64,000 nucleotides of DNA from contig JAMWBK010000005.1 of the NCBI GenBank assembly GCA_029953675.1, positions 2,480,001 through 2,544,000 on the forward strand, written 5' to 3'. Of the stretch, positions 59,284-64,000 are shown one piece after another. Origin of the DNA: Rhodosorus marinus CCMP1338 (taxonomy: Eukaryota > Plantae > Rhodophyta). A program made the position numbers and the translations under genes. Within the stretch, counting starts at the first letter, position 1. Each line of letters starts with the position of its first letter. The notes under the pieces were generated by a model that made no database searches, had not been told where the DNA came from, and worked only from the letters and a program-made list of their open reading frames with translations.

Positions 59284-59417
59284 TGCCAAGCGGACGCGAG
59301 AGGGAGTCTGCAGGTGTATGGTCTGATCCTCGTCAGAAAGTGCTCAAGCTGCAGAGGAGAATAAGCTTTTAGTTTGAACAAAGCCTGAGTCACATCTGTA
59401 GTAGCTGTGGAGAAGAA

Positions 59418-60926
59418 ATGGCGGACGTTGACAATACGCCCGTGATGGAGGAGACATTCGAGACGACTGAGGAGCCGGTGAATATGGAGGGAGCTGCCGG
59501 TGGCGCGAAGTTTTTGGACCCGGAGACGGGAGAACCGATGTACAAGTGGCCTGTTGATGAGAAGCACAGGTGCAAGGTGCTGAAGCCGTGGAGGTTCGAC
59601 CGACCACACCACCGTGCGTTCTTCTACGCGTGGTCGTCTTTCTTCTGTGCGTTCTTCGGATGGTTTGCGCTGTCACCGTTGCTGGTGAACATTGGAAAGT
59701 TCTCGCCGGACATTGGAATCAGTGAGAAGGAGGACCGTGTGACGTCGAACATCATCGGCGTGGCTGGAACGATTCTGATGCGATTCATCATTGGACCTGT
59801 TGCGGATCGGTGGGGTCCGCGGTGGGCCCAGGCTGGAGTACTGTGCATTTTCTCGATCCCGGCTTACCTTGTTGGTACTGCGCAGAACTTTGCGATGTTC
59901 TGTACGGCTCGATTCTTCATTGGAATGCTTGGCGGGACTTTTGTGGTGACTCAGTACTGGACGTCGATCATGTTCGCAAAGAACATTGTTGGATCTGCGA
60001 ACGCGACGTCGGCGGGATGGGGAAACCTTGGGGGAGGTGTTACGAACGCGCTGATGCCTCAGTTCGTAAACTTGATGGAGGCTTTTGGACTGGATTACAA
60101 CATGGCGTGGAGAGTTGCGATGGTGATCCCGGCGACGTTCACGCTTGTGATTGGAATTCTGTTGTTCTTCTTCGCGGACGATTGCCCTGACGGGAACTAT
60201 CGGTTCCTGATCATGTCTGGACAGAAGCACGCGACGAACCCGTGGGTGTCCTTCGGACGTGCTGCGCTGAACCCGAGATCATGGGTGCTTCACTTGACGT
60301 ATGCGACTTGCTTCGGAGTGGAGCTGGTGATGAACGGGAACCTTGCGTCGTACTTCCAGACGTCGTTTGGACTTGATGAGGGAACAGCTGGACTGATTGC
60401 GGCACTTTTCGGTCTGATGAATCTGTTCGCGCGGTCGTTGGGAGGAATTACGTCGGATTTTGGATCATCACGATGGGGAATGACTGGAAGACTTATTGTG
60501 TTCTTCCTGACCGAGATCATGGAGGGACTGATGCTTTTGACGTTCTCGAGGATGACTGTGCTGGGAGCTGCGATCCCTATGTTGATTCTGTTCTCGATTT
60601 TCGTGCAGATGGCTGAGGGAGCTACATTCGGAGTTGTACCGTTCGTGGACCCGAGGTACACTGGAGGAATCTCTGGAATTGTGGGTGCTGGCGGAAACGT
60701 TGGTGCGGTGCTTCTGAACCTGATCATCAGGAACGTGTCGCCTACGAGCGATGCGTTCCTGTACTTGTCGTTTGTTGTGCTGGGCGTCTCGTTCTTCGTG
60801 CTTCTGCTTATCTGGCCGTTCAAGATCGAGGACAGCATGGACGGACCGGAGCAGCCGGCGAAGGTTATTGTTGAGGAAAGCGATGAGGAAGTTGCTGAAG
60901 TTCGCGTCAGTGACGCTGCCGAGTAG
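59418..60926 (+). CDS. NRT2: High-affinity nitrate/nitrite transporter NRT2, copy B, intronless
   Basis: Protein identical to copy A except residue 501 (Ser TCC versus Ala GCC). Confidence 0.98.
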   Translation: MADVDNTPVMEETFETTEEPVNMEGAAGGAKFLDPETGEPMYKWPVDEKHRCKVLKPWRFDRPHHRAFFYAWSSFFCAFFGWFALSPLLVNIGKFSPDIGISEKEDRVTSNIIGVAGTILMRFIIGPVADRWGPRWAQAGVLCIFSIPAYLVGTAQNFAMFCTARFFIGMLGGTFVVTQYWTSIMFAKNIVGSANATSAGWGNLGGGVTNALMPQFVNLMEAFGLDYNMAWRVAMVIPATFTLVIGILLFFFADDCPDGNYRFLIMSGQKHATNPWVSFGRAALNPRSWVLHLTYATCFGVELVMNGNLASYFQTSFGLDEGTAGLIAALFGLMNLFARSLGGITSDFGSSRWGMTGRLIVFFLTEIMEGLMLLTFSRMTVLGAAIPMLILFSIFVQMAEGATFGVVPFVDPRYTGGISGIVGAGGNVGAVLLNLIIRNVSPTSDAFLYLSFVVLGVSFFVLLLIWPFKIEDSMDGPEQPAKVIVEESDEEVAEVRVSDAAE

Positions 60927-62435
60927 GAAGTATGGATTTACATGCTTCGAATTGATGTTAGAATCGGACAATAATGCTGTGGTTAAGTGTTTAATATTAT
61001 GTCTTGCGAACGGACGACTTGAGGAAATAAAACTCCCCGTCACAAGAATCTAAATTCCAATATGAAGTTTGTGCAACTCCACGCGAAGGCCGTGTAGCTA
61101 TCGTAGCTACTGTTTCGGAGTTGTTCAGTTTTCCCGATAGAAAATCCAGAACACCAGGAAGGTTTCGCTCGTACAGGGTCTCTCTTCTTTATGTCCCCAA
61201 CGATTTTCAGTCCCTTGGCGCTGGTCCTGTGCAGTGCGAAAACTAAGGGTAGCAAAACGACAGAAACCTGCTAAATTGCCTGAAAAATCCAAATCCGCGT
61301 TGGCTAAACAGGAACTAGGAGCAAGAACTGCGGACGGTTGGGCCAAACTCTGCGTCATCACTTGCATGCGGGGTTGCCCCCCTGCGAAGGTCTCACCGTC
61401 TCCCAAGGCCACGGATTTTAGGAACTGTCTTAATCGATGGCATATATCCCCCGGCATCAGTGCGCAGATGGGTCTTGGCTAGGAAAGAAGTATTGATTGG
61501 TCTGAAAATCGCGTACTCACCTAATGCATCCGAAAATTCGGTTTTTCTTGCTTGCAAACCTCACCACACACGTTTCCCAAATTTTATCGATAGCAACGAC
61601 CAGCCAACAATCCATCCGCAAAAGTCGACGCAACGGATTACCCCAGGTAAGACAGTCTGTCCAATCTAGGACAAACTGTCCCATCGGCAAAATGCTTTGC
61701 AAGCCTTAGAAATCGGAAATAATTTCGTCCTCCCCTACTCGATTGCGCCAACGTGAGCTCTAAGCATTCGATGATTGGTCCTTTCCATCGATCTGCTGGC
61801 ATGTTTGCGCTAGAGAGTTCGCTGGTAAATAATTTCTACTTTTCAATATATTCTAAGCCGTGCAAGATATCCCAGGGGCTGAACCTGGATTCATTTTCAC
61901 GAATTATGGTACTTTGGAAAAAATAATGATGGGTCATCGAGCTTGACCGCATGATATAAACCCCCCCCCGCCTATCAGGATTTTTCCTTGCTGAAAATAT
62001 TTCATTTTGGACGGTTTCGATTTTTTTTTTTTTCTTGCTCGACTCACATCCCCAAGATGTCATCCGATGGAAACGGGGTAACACGTCCCGACACTAGACT
62101 ACCCTCTACCAAAAACTGATTAAAAGAGGAAACACCAGCGATTGCGACAGCCCTCTCGGTGAACAATTGAATTTCTAAACAATTCGTGAAGATGTCGTAT
62201 AGCTTTTTTCTTCCGTTCAGAATTTTGTTTTGTTTTGTTTAAATTTTTTTCACACCCTCTTAAAATTGGCCCTAAAAACGAAGGATCAGCTGATCCAAAT
62301 GTTCCCATTTTGCTTGCCCCAATAAAAATTTGGAAATTCAAAATGTGTGTAGATTGGGATATCATTGTCGAAGAGGTTGGGAAGGATGAATTTTCCATGA
62401 CGAAATGGGGTTTTGGGGGGGTTTGTACACTGGAG

Positions 62436-62442
62436 TATATAA
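62436..62442 (+). promoter_or_regulatory. Candidate TATA box of nitrite reductase
   Basis: TATATAA about 170 nt upstream of the ATG, inside a G/T-rich leader. Confidence 0.45.
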
Positions 62443-62611
62443 GCGAACAGACTTGGTCTGGATGAGGAGGAGGAGTCGGTGGGGCGATAGGAAAGGAGGA
62501 GCTCAGGATTAGATTCCTCAAGGATAAGAGTCTGTTTTTTTGGAAAAGGGGGTGGGGGTGTGGGTGTAGGTACTGCTGTGGAATTTACTTTATTGAACCT
62601 TTTTTGTCAGG

Positions 62612-64000
62612 ATGATTGGGTTTGTAGGAGGACAGGTGCCGGCGGGGTACAGCGGTCATGGGAAACGGGTCGTTTCTGGACGCTGTAGGAGTATACGGAA
62701 GGTTTCGATGGAGCCTGTAGAGAAGATTGGCGTTTCTGATGTATCGGGACTGAATAGCATCCCTGAAGAGATCTGGGAGAGGGCACTGGGCGGGAGCAAG
62801 TTTGAGAAGGTTAAGGCCGAGAAGGATGGTAGTGAAATGTGGAAGGAAATCTACGTATATGCGGAGAAAGTAAGGAATGGGGAGATTACATATCAGGATA
62901 TTGACTCGGATGACTTGAACATCAGGTACAAGTGGGCAGGCCTCTTCCATCGGCCGAAGGCCACTCCTGGAAGGTTCATGAGCAGGCTGAAGGTCCCGAA
63001 TGGCATCCTCAACTCTGAACAGTTGAGATTTTTCGGTGAATTTATCGGAAGATACGGTGATGATGGCTGCGGTGATATCACGACGAGGATGAACATTCAA
63101 TTGCGGGGTATTGTCGTAGAGGATGCTGGAGACCTAGTCGACGGCCTGAATGCTGTGGGTCTGACCAACATCCAGAGTGGCATGGACAACGTTAGAAATC
63201 TTGTCGGATCTCCAATTGCAGGCATCGATCCGCACGAGATGTTTGACACGAGAGAAATCTGCAAGGACATTGACAACTACATCACGGGTGATAGGAAGGG
63301 TAACAAGGAAATCACCAACCTTCCCCGAAAATTCAACATCTGTGTGTCTGGATCACGAGACGACTTTGCGCACACTCACATCAACGACATTGGACTGAAG
63401 CCAATGAAGAATGAGGAAGGTGTCATGGGATTCAATGTCGACATTGGTGGATACTTCTCCTCAAAGAGGGCGGCCCATTCAATTTCAATGGATGTGTGGG
63501 TCCACCCGGATGACGTCGTCGCTTTCTGCAGGGCAATGCTTCTTGTGTTCCGAGACAACGGCGAACGTAAGGATCGGCAAAAGTCTAGAATGATGTGGCT
63601 TGTGGAGAAGTGGGGTTTGGAGAAATTCCGTTCTACCGTGGAGGAAAGGATGGGAAAGACACTGGCCCGGGAGGCAAAGGCTGGACCTGAGTTCGACACC
63701 CCTTTCCCACGTCGGGACGTGCTGGGCGTGCACCCACAGAAACAGGTTAGCATTTCTCAGAAAGATGTTCAAAGCCGTGTTCTATGGTGTTCTCATCAAT
63801 CTTTCTGTTGTGCTTTTGGCCGGACTCGCAGGAGGGATATTCTTGGGTTGGGTGCCGGGTTCCAGTTGGACGGCTTTTTGCCAAAGATTTCTTCGAAATG
63901 GCTGATGTGGCGGACAAATACTCGGACGGTGAAATGAGACTGACTGTAGAACAAGGCATAATCTTCCCCAACGTGAAGAATGAGGAACTGGATACTATCC
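62612..64000 (+). CDS. NII1: Ferredoxin-nitrite reductase with plastid transit peptide; intron 63746-63831; truncated by the window end
   Basis: KFEKVKAEKDG, RYKWAGLFHR, FMSRLKVPNG, DITTRMNIQLRG, QSGMDNVRN, NLPRKFNICVSG, ERKDRQKSRMMWL, LGVHPQKQ|EGYSWVGCRVPVGRL...MRLTVEQ. Confidence 0.96.

Larger units (their letters stand above)
59204..60970 (+). repeat. Tandem duplication copy B
   Basis: Aligns with 55871-57610 and carries an extra 25 bp at 59287-59311. Confidence 0.95.

Noticed and set aside
62500-62540. Plant NRE-like half site AAGAGTC upstream of NiR (also AAGGGGTCC near 55384)
   Set aside because: The partner half tGACcCTT is absent at the required 10-bp spacing.
50429-64000. Bacterial operon or contaminant contig
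   Set aside because: NR is the eukaryotic multi-domain type, NiR has a GT-AG intron and transit peptide, spacers are kilobases long, and flanking genes are spliceosomal-intron eukaryotic genes.

Overview
Eukaryotic nuclear DNA from a compact genome with short GT-AG introns, most likely a red alga. The taxon is an inference from Phe-4 transit peptides (MEAFVGG, MIGFVGG), a plastid-type ferredoxin-nitrite reductase and the gene density. About 19 protein-coding genes are supported. The left two-thirds holds housekeeping genes: UTP7, CDKC/CDK9, MLH1, PPi-PFK, AP-1 sigma, a DHHC palmitoyltransferase, an ABCG transporter, NUP54, NTF2, a SAC3/THP3-family protein, a PH-AGC kinase, argininosuccinate synthase and SLY1. 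It also holds a probably plastid-targeted, uncharacterised radical-SAM/TIGR03936 fusion enzyme and a decayed 1.29-kb hAT-like non-autonomous transposon. The right end is a co-oriented nitrate-assimilation cluster: NR, NRT2, NRT2 and NiR (truncated by the window edge). The two NRT2 copies are identical over about 1.56 kb while their flanks have diverged. A conserved upstream block is shared by both NRT2 promoters and has partial matches upstream of NR and NiR. Each cluster spacer carries a composition signature suggesting an unannotated divergent minus-strand transcript. Family assignments come from motif recognition only; no database search was run. Exon boundaries were read by eye.
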